The notes beneath the pieces were generated by a model that was not told where the DNA came from, did no database searches, and saw only the letters and a list, made by a program, of their open reading frames with translations. Of a stretch of DNA of 64,000 bases, positions 43,880 to 53,443 are shown one piece after another. How positions within the stretch are numbered: position 1 is the stretch's first letter; each line of letters begins with the position of its first letter. Source of the DNA: an uncultured Pelagibacteraceae bacterium (GTDB lineage Bacteria > Pseudomonadota > Alphaproteobacteria > Pelagibacterales > Pelagibacteraceae). The DNA is taken from the NCBI GenBank assembly GCA_902620465.1, contig CACNIF010000003.1, forward strand, positions 49,767 through 113,766. The letters are read 5' to 3'. The translations under genes and the position numbers were made by a program.

Positions 43880-44557
43880 TTAGAAGTTTCTATATAAAGA
43901 TACTAAAACTCCTTGAACTTTTACTCTATCAGGTCCAAAAATTTTAGTTTCGTAATTTCTGTTAGCACTTTCTAATGCTATTACTTTGCCTTTTTTTCGA
44001 ATTCTTTTTAGCATTGCTTCATGCTCATCAATCAATGCTACAACTATTTTTCCATTATCAGCTGTATTTGTTCTTTTAATTATTACAGTATCTCCCTCGT
44101 GGATACCAGCTTCGATCATAGAATCTCCTTGTACTTTTAACCCAAAATAATCACCATTTTTTTCTAAATTGGTTGGTAATGGTATTCTTGATACTTCGTT
44201 TTGTATTGCTTCAACTGGAGTACCGGCTGCTATTTTACCTAAAACAGGTACTTCTGAGTCATCAGATAATGGGTTCTCCTCATCTAATCCGCCTTTTATT
44301 ACACTTGGAGAAAAATTATTATAAATATCATTAGCTGAAGCTGTTTCAGGTAATTTAATTACCTCTAACGCTCTAGCTTTATGCGCTAGTCTTTTAATAA
44401 AACCTCTTTCCTCTAAAGCACTGATTAGTCTGTGAATACCAGATTTAGATTTAAGATTAAGGGACTCTTTCATTTCATCATAAGAAGGGGATACTCCAGA
44501 ACTTCTCAACCTCTTGTTGATAAATAAAAGCAAGTTTTTTTGTTTTTTTGTTAGCAT
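43880..44557 (-). CDS. lexA: LexA SOS repressor
   Basis: SPSYDEM..SKSGIHRL wHTH of alphaproteobacterial LexA, IAAG cleavage site, GDSM catalytic Ser, LKR catalytic Lys. Confidence 0.98.
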   Translation of the reverse strand: MLTKKQKNLLLFINKRLRSSGVSPSYDEMKESLNLKSKSGIHRLISALEERGFIKRLAHKARALEVIKLPETASANDIYNNFSPSVIKGGLDEENPLSDDSEVPVLGKIAAGTPVEAIQNEVSRIPLPTNLEKNGDYFGLKVQGDSMIEAGIHEGDTVIIKRTNTADNGKIVVALIDEHEAMLKRIRKKGKVIALESANRNYETKIFGPDRVKVQGVLVSLYRNF

Positions 44558-44559
44558 AA

Positions 44560-44596
44560 GAACAAATATCGTACAAACAATGTTCTATAAAAGTTC
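44560..44596. promoter_or_regulatory. Alphaproteobacterial LexA (SOS) operator array
   Basis: GAAC(44560)-N7-GTAC(44571)-N7-GTTC(44582)-N7-GTTC(44593) immediately upstream of the lexA ATG; known motif is GTTC-N7-GTTC / GAAC-N7-GTAC. Confidence 0.88.
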
Positions 44597-44642
44597 TCTA
44601 AATTTAACAACAGTTAAAAAACCAATAAAATAAAGAATAATT

Positions 44643-45437
44643 TCACTTGAGAACTGAAAAAATAGAATTTTTTTCAAGATCTTTTAAGAGTGATTCACCA
44701 ATCAAAAAAGTTTTAATAGATGTTTTGTTAGACAAATCCAAAAGTTCATCTTTTGTTTTAATTCCACTTTCAGAAATTAGAGGACCCGAATGATCAACTA
44801 ATATATCATAAATATCGAGAGTTGTATTTATATCAGTTTTAAGAGTTTTTAAGTTTCTATTATTTATTCCTAACAAAGCATCCTTAAATCTAAGTGCCTG
44901 TTTGGCCTCATCTACAGTGTGAACTTCAACAATAACAGACATATCTAATTTTAAGGCCTCTTCATATAACTCATTTGCAAGTTTATCTGAAACGCCAGCA
45001 AGAATTATTAGTATGGCGTCTGCCCCATAACTTTTAGCAAGAGGTATTTGAAATTTATCTACAAAAAAATCCTTACAAAGAATTGGTAAATTAATATTTT
45101 GTTTAATTTTACTTATATGCATTAAATCACCTAAAAAGTAATCTTCTTCAGTTAGAACTGATAAACATGTTGCTTTATTATCGTTGTATATGTTTGCTAT
45201 TTTAACTGGATCATAATTTTTGATAATTACACCTGCAGATGGACTAGCTTTTTTAATTTCTGCAATAATAGAAAACTTGTTTTCTTTAATATTTTTTTCG
45301 ATCTTTTCTTTAAAATCTATAAATATTCTGTTTGAATTAATTAATTCATCTAATGAGTCGAGAGAAATAGTTTTTTTTAGATTTTCTATTTTCTCACTTT
45401 TCTTTTCAATTATTTTTTTAAGAACATTTTCAGCCAT
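44643..45437 (-). CDS. trpC: Indole-3-glycerol phosphate synthase
   Basis: IAEIKKASPS, LSVLTE, KDF, VEVH, GINNRNL, SESGI, LIGESL. Confidence 0.98.
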   Translation of the reverse strand: MAENVLKKIIEKKSEKIENLKKTISLDSLDELINSNRIFIDFKEKIEKNIKENKFSIIAEIKKASPSAGVIIKNYDPVKIANIYNDNKATCLSVLTEEDYFLGDLMHISKIKQNINLPILCKDFFVDKFQIPLAKSYGADAILIILAGVSDKLANELYEEALKLDMSVIVEVHTVDEAKQALRFKDALLGINNRNLKTLKTDINTTLDIYDILVDHSGPLISESGIKTKDELLDLSNKTSIKTFLIGESLLKDLEKNSIFSVLK

Positions 45438-46422
45438 TTTGAATTTTTTCTAAATGTTTAATAACTTTATTCGATAAAACGTGTTTTCTTGCATCATTAT
45501 ATGCATCGGTAAAATTGTTATGAGTTTCATTCACGATTAAACCTGCAGCAGCATTCAAGCATACTGCTTTAGAAAAATCGTTATCCTCACCTCTAAATAT
45601 ATCAATCATTTTACCTGCATTAAATTTTGCATCATTACCAACAATATTTTCGAATTTATCTGCATCGATATTCAATTCTTTGGGATCAATGATAATTTCA
45701 GAAATTTTATTATCTTTTAATTGAATTACATTTGTTTTAGCGTAAGGTGAAATTTCATCTAAACCATCCTCACTATTTACAATCCATGCGCATTTCATTT
45801 CTAAGTTGTTTAAAGCATCTGCAAATATCTTTAAAAGCTTTTTATCAAAAACTCCTACTACTTGCCGTTTAACAAGAGCAGGGCTACTTAGAGGTCCGAT
45901 CATGTTAAATATAGTTCTTTTTCCAATTCTTTTTCTAGTTGGGCCTACAAATCTCATTGCACTATGATAATTAGGTGCAAACATGAATCCAAAATTGTTC
46001 TTATTAATTTGTGCTTCTATATCATTTGGTTCCAAATTAATTTTTATATTCAAAGCCTCTAGCACATCACCTGATCCACACTTAGAAGATACAGCTTTAT
46101 TTCCATGCTTTGCTACCTTGATCCCCATACTTGCAAGTAATAGTGCAGATGCTGTTGATATATTAAGAGTATTCATGCCATCACCACCAGTTCCACATGT
46201 ATCAATACAATTTTCTATATTTACTCTTTTAGACTTATTTCTAAGAACATAAACGCCACCTGCTATTTCGTTTGAAGCCTCACCTTTAGCTGACAAAAGT
46301 GTTAAAAAATCAAATATTTCTTGATCCTCCGCCTTACCATCCATTAACAACTCAAAAGCAGCCTTACTTTCACTGAAAGATAGATTTTCCTTATTTTTAA
46401 TTTTTTCTATGAATTGTTTCAT
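45430..46422 (-). CDS. trpD: Anthranilate phosphoribosyltransferase
   Basis: DTCGTGGDG, NIST, KHGN, SSKCGSGD, GLDEIS. Confidence 0.98.
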   Translation of the reverse strand: MKQFIEKIKNKENLSFSESKAAFELLMDGKAEDQEIFDFLTLLSAKGEASNEIAGGVYVLRNKSKRVNIENCIDTCGTGGDGMNTLNISTASALLLASMGIKVAKHGNKAVSSKCGSGDVLEALNIKINLEPNDIEAQINKNNFGFMFAPNYHSAMRFVGPTRKRIGKRTIFNMIGPLSSPALVKRQVVGVFDKKLLKIFADALNNLEMKCAWIVNSEDGLDEISPYAKTNVIQLKDNKISEIIIDPKELNIDADKFENIVGNDAKFNAGKMIDIFRGEDNDFSKAVCLNAAAGLIVNETHNNFTDAYNDARKHVLSNKVIKHLEKIQNG

Positions 46423-46992
46423 TTAAATTCTAATGAAATTTTTTAAAATTTTAATACCTAGTTTAGTTTTAATACTTTCAGGGTGAAATTGCACTCCATG
46501 AACTTCATATTTTTTATGTTGAACACCCATTATTAAACCATCTTTAGTCTCAGCAGTGATTTCAAGATCACTGGATAGTGATTTTTTATCAATTATCAAA
46601 CTATGATATCGAGTTGCCTCAAAAGTTTTAGGAAGATCTTTTAATATACCGTTTTTTCTTGTTATGATTTTACTAGTTTTTCCATGCATTAGTTTTTTTG
46701 CTTGAATAATTTTTGACCCAAACACTTGTCCAATAATTTGGTGACCCAAACAAACTCCTAGTATAGGAATTTTTTTGTATAAAGATTTCACAATCTTAAG
46801 ACAGTTACCAGATTGATTAGGATTACCAGGCCCAGGTGATATTACAATTTTATTATACCTTTTTTTTAATATTTCTTTTGATGTAATTTTATCATTTCTA
46901 ATTACATCAACGAAGACTTTTGGTGAAGATAAATAATGATAGAGATTAAAAGTAAAACTATCGTAATTATCTATCAAAATTATTTTTTTCAT
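46423..46992 (-). CDS. trpG: Anthranilate synthase component II (glutamine amidotransferase)
   Basis: IDNYDSFT, SPGPG, GVCLGHQ, RYHSL, QFHPES. Confidence 0.97.
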   Translation of the reverse strand: MKKIILIDNYDSFTFNLYHYLSSPKVFVDVIRNDKITSKEILKKRYNKIVISPGPGNPNQSGNCLKIVKSLYKKIPILGVCLGHQIIGQVFGSKIIQAKKLMHGKTSKIITRKNGILKDLPKTFEATRYHSLIIDKKSLSSDLEITAETKDGLIMGVQHKKYEVHGVQFHPESIKTKLGIKILKNFIRI

Positions 46993-48449
46993 TTTAGTGC
47001 ATTAATCAGAGCTTTTGCTTTGTTAACTGTTTCCTCATATTCTTTCAAAGGTTTACTGTCAGCAACAATACCAGCTCCTGCTTGAACATAAAATTTATCT
47101 TTTGTTGCAACCGCCGTCCTTAAAGCAATACATGTATCGAATTCTCCATTTGCCGAAAAATAACCAATTCCTCCAGCATAAACTTTTCTTTTTGTCTTTT
47201 CCAATTCATCTATAATTTCCATAGCTCTTATTTTTGGAGCACCTGAAACTGTTCCTGCAGGAAAACCAGCTAAAAGAGATTTAAACTTTGTAAATTTATT
47301 ATTATATCCACCAACTACATTAGAAACTATATGCATTACGTGAGAATATTTTTCTATAACAAAGCTTTCTGTGACTTTTACAGAATTTATTTTTGATACT
47401 TTTCCAGCATCATTTCTACCAAGATCAAGTAGCATTAGATGTTCTGAGAGTTCTTTTTTGTCTTTAAGCAAATCTTTTTCATAAAATTTGTCTTGAGATG
47501 CATTTTTTCCCCTTGGTCTGGTTCCTGCAATTGGTCTTACGGTAATCTTATTATTCCTTAATCTTACTAAAATTTCAGGACTTGCTCCAATTATCTGAAA
47601 GTCCTTAAAATTAAAAAAAAACATAAAAGGAGAAGGGTTTGTTACTCTTAGTTTTTTATAAATCTCTATGGGTGATTTAGTTAATTTAGCCTCAAACCTT
47701 TGACTCAGAACAACTTGAAAAATATCACCGATTTTAATGAAATTTTTTGCTTTATTTACCATATTCAAAAATCTTTTTTTTGGGGTATTTGACTTAACTT
47801 TTATATTTTTCTGAATATTGAAATTTTCATAATAATCTTTTTTTATTTTTGATTGAATTAAAAGGAGATTAAGCTCTGATTTAATCTCAGAATATCTTTT
47901 TTTATAATTTTTTATATTTTCATCAGCAAAAATATTAATGATGTAAAAAATCTTTTTTTTTAGATTATCGTGAACAATTAATGTTCGTGGTCTTAACAAT
48001 CTAACATCAGGAATTTTCAAATCATCCTTACAATTATTCGGTATATTTTCTATATATCTTATAGAGTCGTATGAAAAATAACCGGAGATCAGTGACGAAA
48101 TTGAAGGCAGACTTCTTGGTATTTCAAATTTAAATTCCTCAATGATTTTCTCTATCAGCTGACTTGGTTTATTTTTTAATTTTAATCTTTTATTACCTTT
48201 AATTAAAAAAGAGTTATTATTATTAAATTCCCATATCTTATCAGGATTTTTACCAAAAATAGTATATCTTCCTTTTATTTTACCTTTCTCGACAGATTCA
48301 AAGATAAAACTATTTTTTTCTTGTAAAAAACCATCAATTAAATTTAAAATATCATCATTGTTTTTAACTTTTTTAGATGTGTATATTATTTGATTTTTTT
48401 TGCCTCTATGTCGAAACTTAAAATCATTGAAGCTTCGATTAATTATCAT
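46989..48449 (-). CDS. trpE: Anthranilate synthase component I
   Basis: FES, GDIFQVVLSQR, NPSPFM, PIAGTRPRG, EHLMLLDLGRND, FPAGTVSGAPK. Confidence 0.98.
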   Translation of the reverse strand: MIINRSFNDFKFRHRGKKNQIIYTSKKVKNNDDILNLIDGFLQEKNSFIFESVEKGKIKGRYTIFGKNPDKIWEFNNNNSFLIKGNKRLKLKNKPSQLIEKIIEEFKFEIPRSLPSISSLISGYFSYDSIRYIENIPNNCKDDLKIPDVRLLRPRTLIVHDNLKKKIFYIINIFADENIKNYKKRYSEIKSELNLLLIQSKIKKDYYENFNIQKNIKVKSNTPKKRFLNMVNKAKNFIKIGDIFQVVLSQRFEAKLTKSPIEIYKKLRVTNPSPFMFFFNFKDFQIIGASPEILVRLRNNKITVRPIAGTRPRGKNASQDKFYEKDLLKDKKELSEHLMLLDLGRNDAGKVSKINSVKVTESFVIEKYSHVMHIVSNVVGGYNNKFTKFKSLLAGFPAGTVSGAPKIRAMEIIDELEKTKRKVYAGGIGYFSANGEFDTCIALRTAVATKDKFYVQAGAGIVADSKPLKEYEETVNKAKALINALK

Positions 48450-49855
48450 TGAAAATAATTCTTAACACGTTCTATTGTTTTTTGGTTTAAAGTAACTTTA
48501 TATTTATCATTTAAAAGTTCATCATAAGATTTTAATAATCTTTGTTTTGTATTATTTTTTTGTTCGTTCATTATATCTTTATATTTATTACTATTAAATT
48601 GAACATTTATAAATTTTCTGATTTTAGCTAAAAAAATATTTTCACTCTCATAAATTAAAGCAAAAGATTTTTCAGGAAGTGAATATAATAATTTGACTGA
48701 ATTAGAGTCAAATTTTTCAACATCTTTTATTGAATTTAATATTATTGTCTCGAAATTTTGATTATGCATCTTTGAGAAATCCATATCAGAGAAGTTATTA
48801 TTTTTAATTTTAGATAACAAATCTTTATTATAATCAAATCTTTTTTGTTGAAAAATCAATTCTAAAATTTCATTCTTGGTTTCTTTGTCTTTTGTATCTG
48901 GACTCCTTTGATCAATTCGATCAATTTTATACAAAACATACTCATTTTCTGTTTCAATTATGTCAAAAGAATTTTGCCTTAAATCAAATATTTTTTTTTC
49001 AATTTCGTTCGCATTATTAGAAAATTTGAAATTTGAAACCTTTGTTGACTTAATATTAAATTTTTGAACTATATCGGTAAAATCAATTTCATTTGAAATA
49101 TCTATTTCTATTTGATCTATAATATCAAAAAAGGCTTGATTATATTCATCAACTCCAATCAAGTTTTTTGGATTAATCTTTGCATAGGCAAAATCAACAT
49201 AGTCTACTTTTAAAGTATCTTCATTTTCTTTTAAAAATTGATCTATTTCAGATTGAGTTATTTGATCTTTTTGTACATAAAAACTATTTAAATTTATAAA
49301 TTCTAATTTAATTTTTCGATTTTGCTCCTGATAAAATTTTTCAGCTAAGAATTTTGGTGTAATTGTCCCTGATCCTATATAATCGAACAAATTTTTTTGA
49401 GTTTCACTGTTTCTTAATCGCGTTTCATAAACTGGAGCAGCAATATTATTTTCTAATAAAAATTTCTCATATTTAACTCTTTGAAAAATTCCCTTTTCAT
49501 CTAAAAAACTTTTATTATTTTTAATTTTCTTTGATAAAGAATTTTCACTTAAAGCTATATTAAAGCTTTTTACTTCAAGGTTTAATATTTCTGATGTGAT
49601 TAGTGTGGAAAGTAACTCTTCAATTACATTTTTATCTAAATTATCTTTAATGTATTCAGGCGATATTTCTAGTGTATTAATATGATTTAAAAATTCTTCT
49701 GTAGAAATATTTTTGTCATTTATTTTGGCAATATTATTAGTATTTCCACTGCTAAAGATGTCACCCATTCCCCAAAAAACAAATGGAATACATACTAGAA
49801 AAATGAATACTGCAGAGAACTTAGATTTCGAAAAATTTCTAAAACTTTTTAACAT
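48446..49855 (-). CDS. ppiD: PpiD/SurA-N-domain membrane-anchored periplasmic chaperone
   Basis: N-terminal MLKSFR..IPFVFWG anchor, IAKIND; conserved position divergent from tpiA and upstream of trpE. Confidence 0.8.
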   Translation of the reverse strand: MLKSFRNFSKSKFSAVFIFLVCIPFVFWGMGDIFSSGNTNNIAKINDKNISTEEFLNHINTLEISPEYIKDNLDKNVIEELLSTLITSEILNLEVKSFNIALSENSLSKKIKNNKSFLDEKGIFQRVKYEKFLLENNIAAPVYETRLRNSETQKNLFDYIGSGTITPKFLAEKFYQEQNRKIKLEFINLNSFYVQKDQITQSEIDQFLKENEDTLKVDYVDFAYAKINPKNLIGVDEYNQAFFDIIDQIEIDISNEIDFTDIVQKFNIKSTKVSNFKFSNNANEIEKKIFDLRQNSFDIIETENEYVLYKIDRIDQRSPDTKDKETKNEILELIFQQKRFDYNKDLLSKIKNNNFSDMDFSKMHNQNFETIILNSIKDVEKFDSNSVKLLYSLPEKSFALIYESENIFLAKIRKFINVQFNSNKYKDIMNEQKNNTKQRLLKSYDELLNDKYKVTLNQKTIERVKNYFQ

Positions 49856-49875
49856 TACTTTATTTTATAAATTTA

Positions 49876-49904
49876 TTGAACTGTAAAAAACAAACCTATA
49901 GATT
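49876..49904 (+). promoter_or_regulatory. Putative promoter for tpiA-secG
   Basis: TTGAAC(49876-49881)-17 nt-TAGATT(49899-49904) in the ppiD/tpiA divergent gap. Confidence 0.4.
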
Positions 49905-49916
49905 AAATTTTACCAT

Positions 49917-50657
49917 ATGACAAATAAATATATGTATTTTGTGGCTAATTGGAAAATGTATGGAAATAAAAACTCATTAAATACATTAGATAAGGTAATT
50001 AATTTTTCAAAATCTAAGGAAATTAAAAAAGGACGATTAATTTATTGTCCCCCATATACTCTATTAAGTTCTTTCTATAAAAAATTTCAAAATTGTTTAA
50101 TAGATATTGGTGCACAAAATTGTCATGAGAGTTCAGAATATGGAGCACACACAGGTTTTGTGAACCCTAAGATGATAAAAAATATAGGTGCCAATTATGT
50201 GATAATTGGTCATTCTGAAAATAGGAATAAAGGAGAAACAGACAATCTTATTAATCAAAAAATTAAAAGTGCAATTAATGCAAAACTTAGAGTTATCTTC
50301 TGCATTGGGGAAACTTTAAAAGAAAAAAGAAGTGGTAAAACAAAATCAGTTTTGTCCAAACAAATCAAATACGGACTGAAGAATATAAAGATAAAAACTA
50401 ATCTTTTTATAGCTTATGAGCCTGTTTGGTCAATTGGTACAGGTAAAATTCTTAAGTCATCAGAACTCAATAAAGCTATCAAATTTATAAAAAGTAAATT
50501 TAACAAGAAATCACCACAAATTTTATATGGTGGTTCAGTAAATACTAGCAATATAAATAATTTAAAAAATATAAAAGATTTAAATGGTTTTTTGATCGGT
50601 GGTGCATCACAAAATGCTAAAAATTTTATTGATATAGTGAAAAAAACATATAGTTAA
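49917..50657 (+). CDS. tpiA: Triosephosphate isomerase
   Basis: ANWKM, GAHTG, IGHSENR, AYEPVWSIGTG, YGGSV, LIGGAS. Confidence 0.98.
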   Translation: MTNKYMYFVANWKMYGNKNSLNTLDKVINFSKSKEIKKGRLIYCPPYTLLSSFYKKFQNCLIDIGAQNCHESSEYGAHTGFVNPKMIKNIGANYVIIGHSENRNKGETDNLINQKIKSAINAKLRVIFCIGETLKEKRSGKTKSVLSKQIKYGLKNIKIKTNLFIAYEPVWSIGTGKILKSSELNKAIKFIKSKFNKKSPQILYGGSVNTSNINNLKNIKDLNGFLIGGASQNAKNFIDIVKKTYS

Positions 50658-50662
50658 ATCGC

Positions 50663-50965
50663 ATGGAAAACATACTGTTGATTTTAAATATTATTTTTGC
50701 ATTTATTTTAGTTATTTTAGTTTTAATGCAAAAATCTGAGGGAGGTGCATTAGGCATCGGTGTTTCTCAAGAGTCTTATATGTTTTCAAGAACAGCAGGA
50801 AATTTCATGACTAAAGCCACAGCTGTAGTTGCAACTTTATTCATAATATGTAGCCTTGCTTTAACTATTGTTTCTAGGGGCGAACTATCACCTAAGAGCT
50901 CAGTTTTGGATACTATTGAGGAAAAAACTGAAGATACACCATCCATTCCGGAAAACAATAATTAA
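50663..50965 (+). CDS. secG: Preprotein translocase subunit SecG
   Basis: LVLMQKSEGGALG, NFMTKAT, two TM segments; between tpiA and pyrG. Confidence 0.95.
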   Translation: MENILLILNIIFAFILVILVLMQKSEGGALGIGVSQESYMFSRTAGNFMTKATAVVATLFIICSLALTIVSRGELSPKSSVLDTIEEKTEDTPSIPENNN

Positions 50966-51005
50966 GACTTTTCATTTTCTTTTTTATTCGCTATAAGATA
51001 ATTCC

Positions 51006-52622
51006 ATGGCGCGATATATTTTTGTCACGGGCGGCGTGGTTTCATCTTTAGGTAAAGGACTATCATCTGCATCACTAGCATACCTTCTTCAATCGAGAGG
51101 ATATAAAGTGAGGCTAAGAAAACTAGATCCTTACTTAAATGTAGACCCCGGAACAATGAGCCCATTTCAACATGGTGAAGTTTTTGTAACAGATGATGGC
51201 GCTGAAACTGATTTAGATTTAGGACATTACGAGAGATTTTCTCAAGTATCAGCAAAAAAATCTGACAACATCACAACTGGTAAAATTTATAATGATGTTT
51301 TAAAAAAAGAACGAAAAGGAAAGTATCTTGGTAAGACAGTTCAAGTAATACCTCATATCACAGATCGGATAAAAGAATTTATAAAAAATGACTCTTCTAA
51401 GGAAGACTTTATTATTTGTGAAATAGGTGGGATAGTAGGTGATATTGAGAGTCTACCTTTTGTTGAAGCTATAAGACAATTTGCTAACGATATAAAAAAA
51501 AAAAATGCATTATTTATTCATTTAACATTAGTGCCATATTTAAAATCTTCAGACGAAATTAAAACAAAACCAACACAACACTCAGTTAAAGAATTGAGAA
51601 GTATTGGTATTCAACCAGATATTATTATATGCAGATCAGATAGATCCATACCTTTAGAGCATAGAAAAAAAATATCGTTATTTTGTAATGTTCATATTAA
51701 TAATGTAATTGAAACAGTTGATGTCAGAACAATTTATGAGGCACCAATTAGCTTTTTTAAAGAAAAATTAGACAAAAGAGTTTTAGATTACTTCAAATTA
51801 AGATCAAAAAAATCTGTTAACCTAAGCCCTTGGAAAAAAATCACTAATATTATTTTAAACACAAAAAAACAGGTGAATATTGCAATAATTGGAAAATATG
51901 TTGATCTAAAAGATGCATATAAATCGCTTGATGAAGCCTTAACTCATGGAGGTTTTGATAACAAGGTGAAAGTGAACCTAGTAAGAATTGATTCTGAACA
52001 GCTTAAAATAAGCGAAATTAAATCTAAATTAAAAAATATATCAGGTATATTAATTCCAGGAGGTTTTGGCAAAAGAGGGACAAAAGGTAAAATTGAAGCT
52101 ATTAAGTTTGCTAGAAAAAACAACATACCTTTTTTAGGTATTTGTTATGGAATGCAAATGGCAATAATAGAATTTGCGAGAAATAAACTTAATTTAAAAA
52201 GAGCTACCTCAAGTGAATTTGATAAAAAAGGATTACCTGTAATTGGACTAATTAATGAATGGAATAAGGATGGAAAGATTATAAAAGGTACAGATAAAAA
52301 TTTAGGTGGCACAATGAGACTTGGATCTTACGACGCCAAGTTACAAGATCATTCTTTAGTAAAAAAAATATATGGTAAAAGCTTAATTAAAGAGAGACAT
52401 CGACATAGATATGAAGTTAATATAAATTTTAGAGAAAAATTTGAGAAAAAAGGTTTGATTTTTTCAGGATTATCTCCAGATGGTAAATTACCTGAAATTA
52501 TTGAGCTTAATAATCATCCATGGTTTATTGGAGTTCAATTTCATCCTGAATTTAAATCTAGACCTTTATCACCTCATCCATTATTCTCCTCTTTTATCAA
52601 GGCAGCCAAAAATCATAAATGA
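51006..52622 (+). CDS. pyrG: CTP synthase
   Basis: FVTGGVVSSLGKG, DPYLNVDPGTMSP, KTKPTQHSV, GICYGMQ, QFHPEF. Confidence 0.99.
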   Translation: MARYIFVTGGVVSSLGKGLSSASLAYLLQSRGYKVRLRKLDPYLNVDPGTMSPFQHGEVFVTDDGAETDLDLGHYERFSQVSAKKSDNITTGKIYNDVLKKERKGKYLGKTVQVIPHITDRIKEFIKNDSSKEDFIICEIGGIVGDIESLPFVEAIRQFANDIKKKNALFIHLTLVPYLKSSDEIKTKPTQHSVKELRSIGIQPDIIICRSDRSIPLEHRKKISLFCNVHINNVIETVDVRTIYEAPISFFKEKLDKRVLDYFKLRSKKSVNLSPWKKITNIILNTKKQVNIAIIGKYVDLKDAYKSLDEALTHGGFDNKVKVNLVRIDSEQLKISEIKSKLKNISGILIPGGFGKRGTKGKIEAIKFARKNNIPFLGICYGMQMAIIEFARNKLNLKRATSSEFDKKGLPVIGLINEWNKDGKIIKGTDKNLGGTMRLGSYDAKLQDHSLVKKIYGKSLIKERHRHRYEVNINFREKFEKKGLIFSGLSPDGKLPEIIELNNHPWFIGVQFHPEFKSRPLSPHPLFSSFIKAAKNHK

Positions 52623-53443
52623 GTAATATTAAAGTTAATTGTGGAAAAATAGAAATTTCAAATAAAAATAAAATTTGTCTTATATCTGGTCCTTGTCAAC
52701 TTGAGTCGGAACAGCACGCACTGGATATGGCAGGAAAAATTAGGGAAATTACTAGTAAATTTAACCTTGGTTTTATTTACAAAACTTCATTTGATAAGGC
52801 TAATAGAACGAGTTTAAAAGGTAAGAGAGGTATTGGTTTGGATGCCTCATTACCAATTTTTGATAAAATTAAAAAAGATTTAAACCTACCGATATTAACT
52901 GATGTGCATAATATTGATCAATGTTCAGTTGTTGCAAAACATGTGGACATCTTACAGATTCCTGCCTTTCTATGTAGACAAACAGATTTGTTAGTCGCTG
53001 CTGCGAAAACAAATAAAATAATTAATGTTAAAAAAGGACAATTCTTAGCACCATGGGATATGATCAATGTAACAAAAAAAATTTCAGACTCAGGCAATAA
53101 TAATATTTTAGTAACTGAAAGAGGAGCAAGTTTTGGTTATAACACTTTAGTTTCAGATATGAGATCAATACCAATAATGGCTAAGAACGGCTATCCAGTA
53201 ATTTTTGATTCTACTCACTCAGTTCAGCAACCCGGAGGTCTTGGTGAAAAAAGTGGAGGTCAAAGAGAATTTGTAGAACACTTATCAAGAGCTGCTGTAG
53301 CAGTGGGTGTAGCCGGTTTATTTATAGAAACACATCAAGATCCAGATAATGCGCCTTCAGATGGTCCAAATATGCTACCATTAAATAAATTAGAAAACTT
53401 ATTAAAACAATTAACAGAGATAGATAATTTAATAAAAAATTAG
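52619..53443 (+). CDS. kdsA: KDO 8-phosphate synthase
   Basis: GPCQLES, SFDKANRTS, QIPAFLCRQTDL, KKGQF, THSVQ, APSDG. Confidence 0.98.
   Translation: MSNIKVNCGKIEISNKNKICLISGPCQLESEQHALDMAGKIREITSKFNLGFIYKTSFDKANRTSLKGKRGIGLDASLPIFDKIKKDLNLPILTDVHNIDQCSVVAKHVDILQIPAFLCRQTDLLVAAAKTNKIINVKKGQFLAPWDMINVTKKISDSGNNNILVTERGASFGYNTLVSDMRSIPIMAKNGYPVIFDSTHSVQQPGGLGEKSGGQREFVEHLSRAAVAVGVAGLFIETHQDPDNAPSDGPNMLPLNKLENLLKQLTEIDNLIKN

Noticed and set aside
47620-47642. TrpE NPSPFM instead of NPSPYM as a sign of feedback resistance
   Set aside because: The Tyr-to-Phe change is conservative and the FES serine is retained; nothing supports altered regulation
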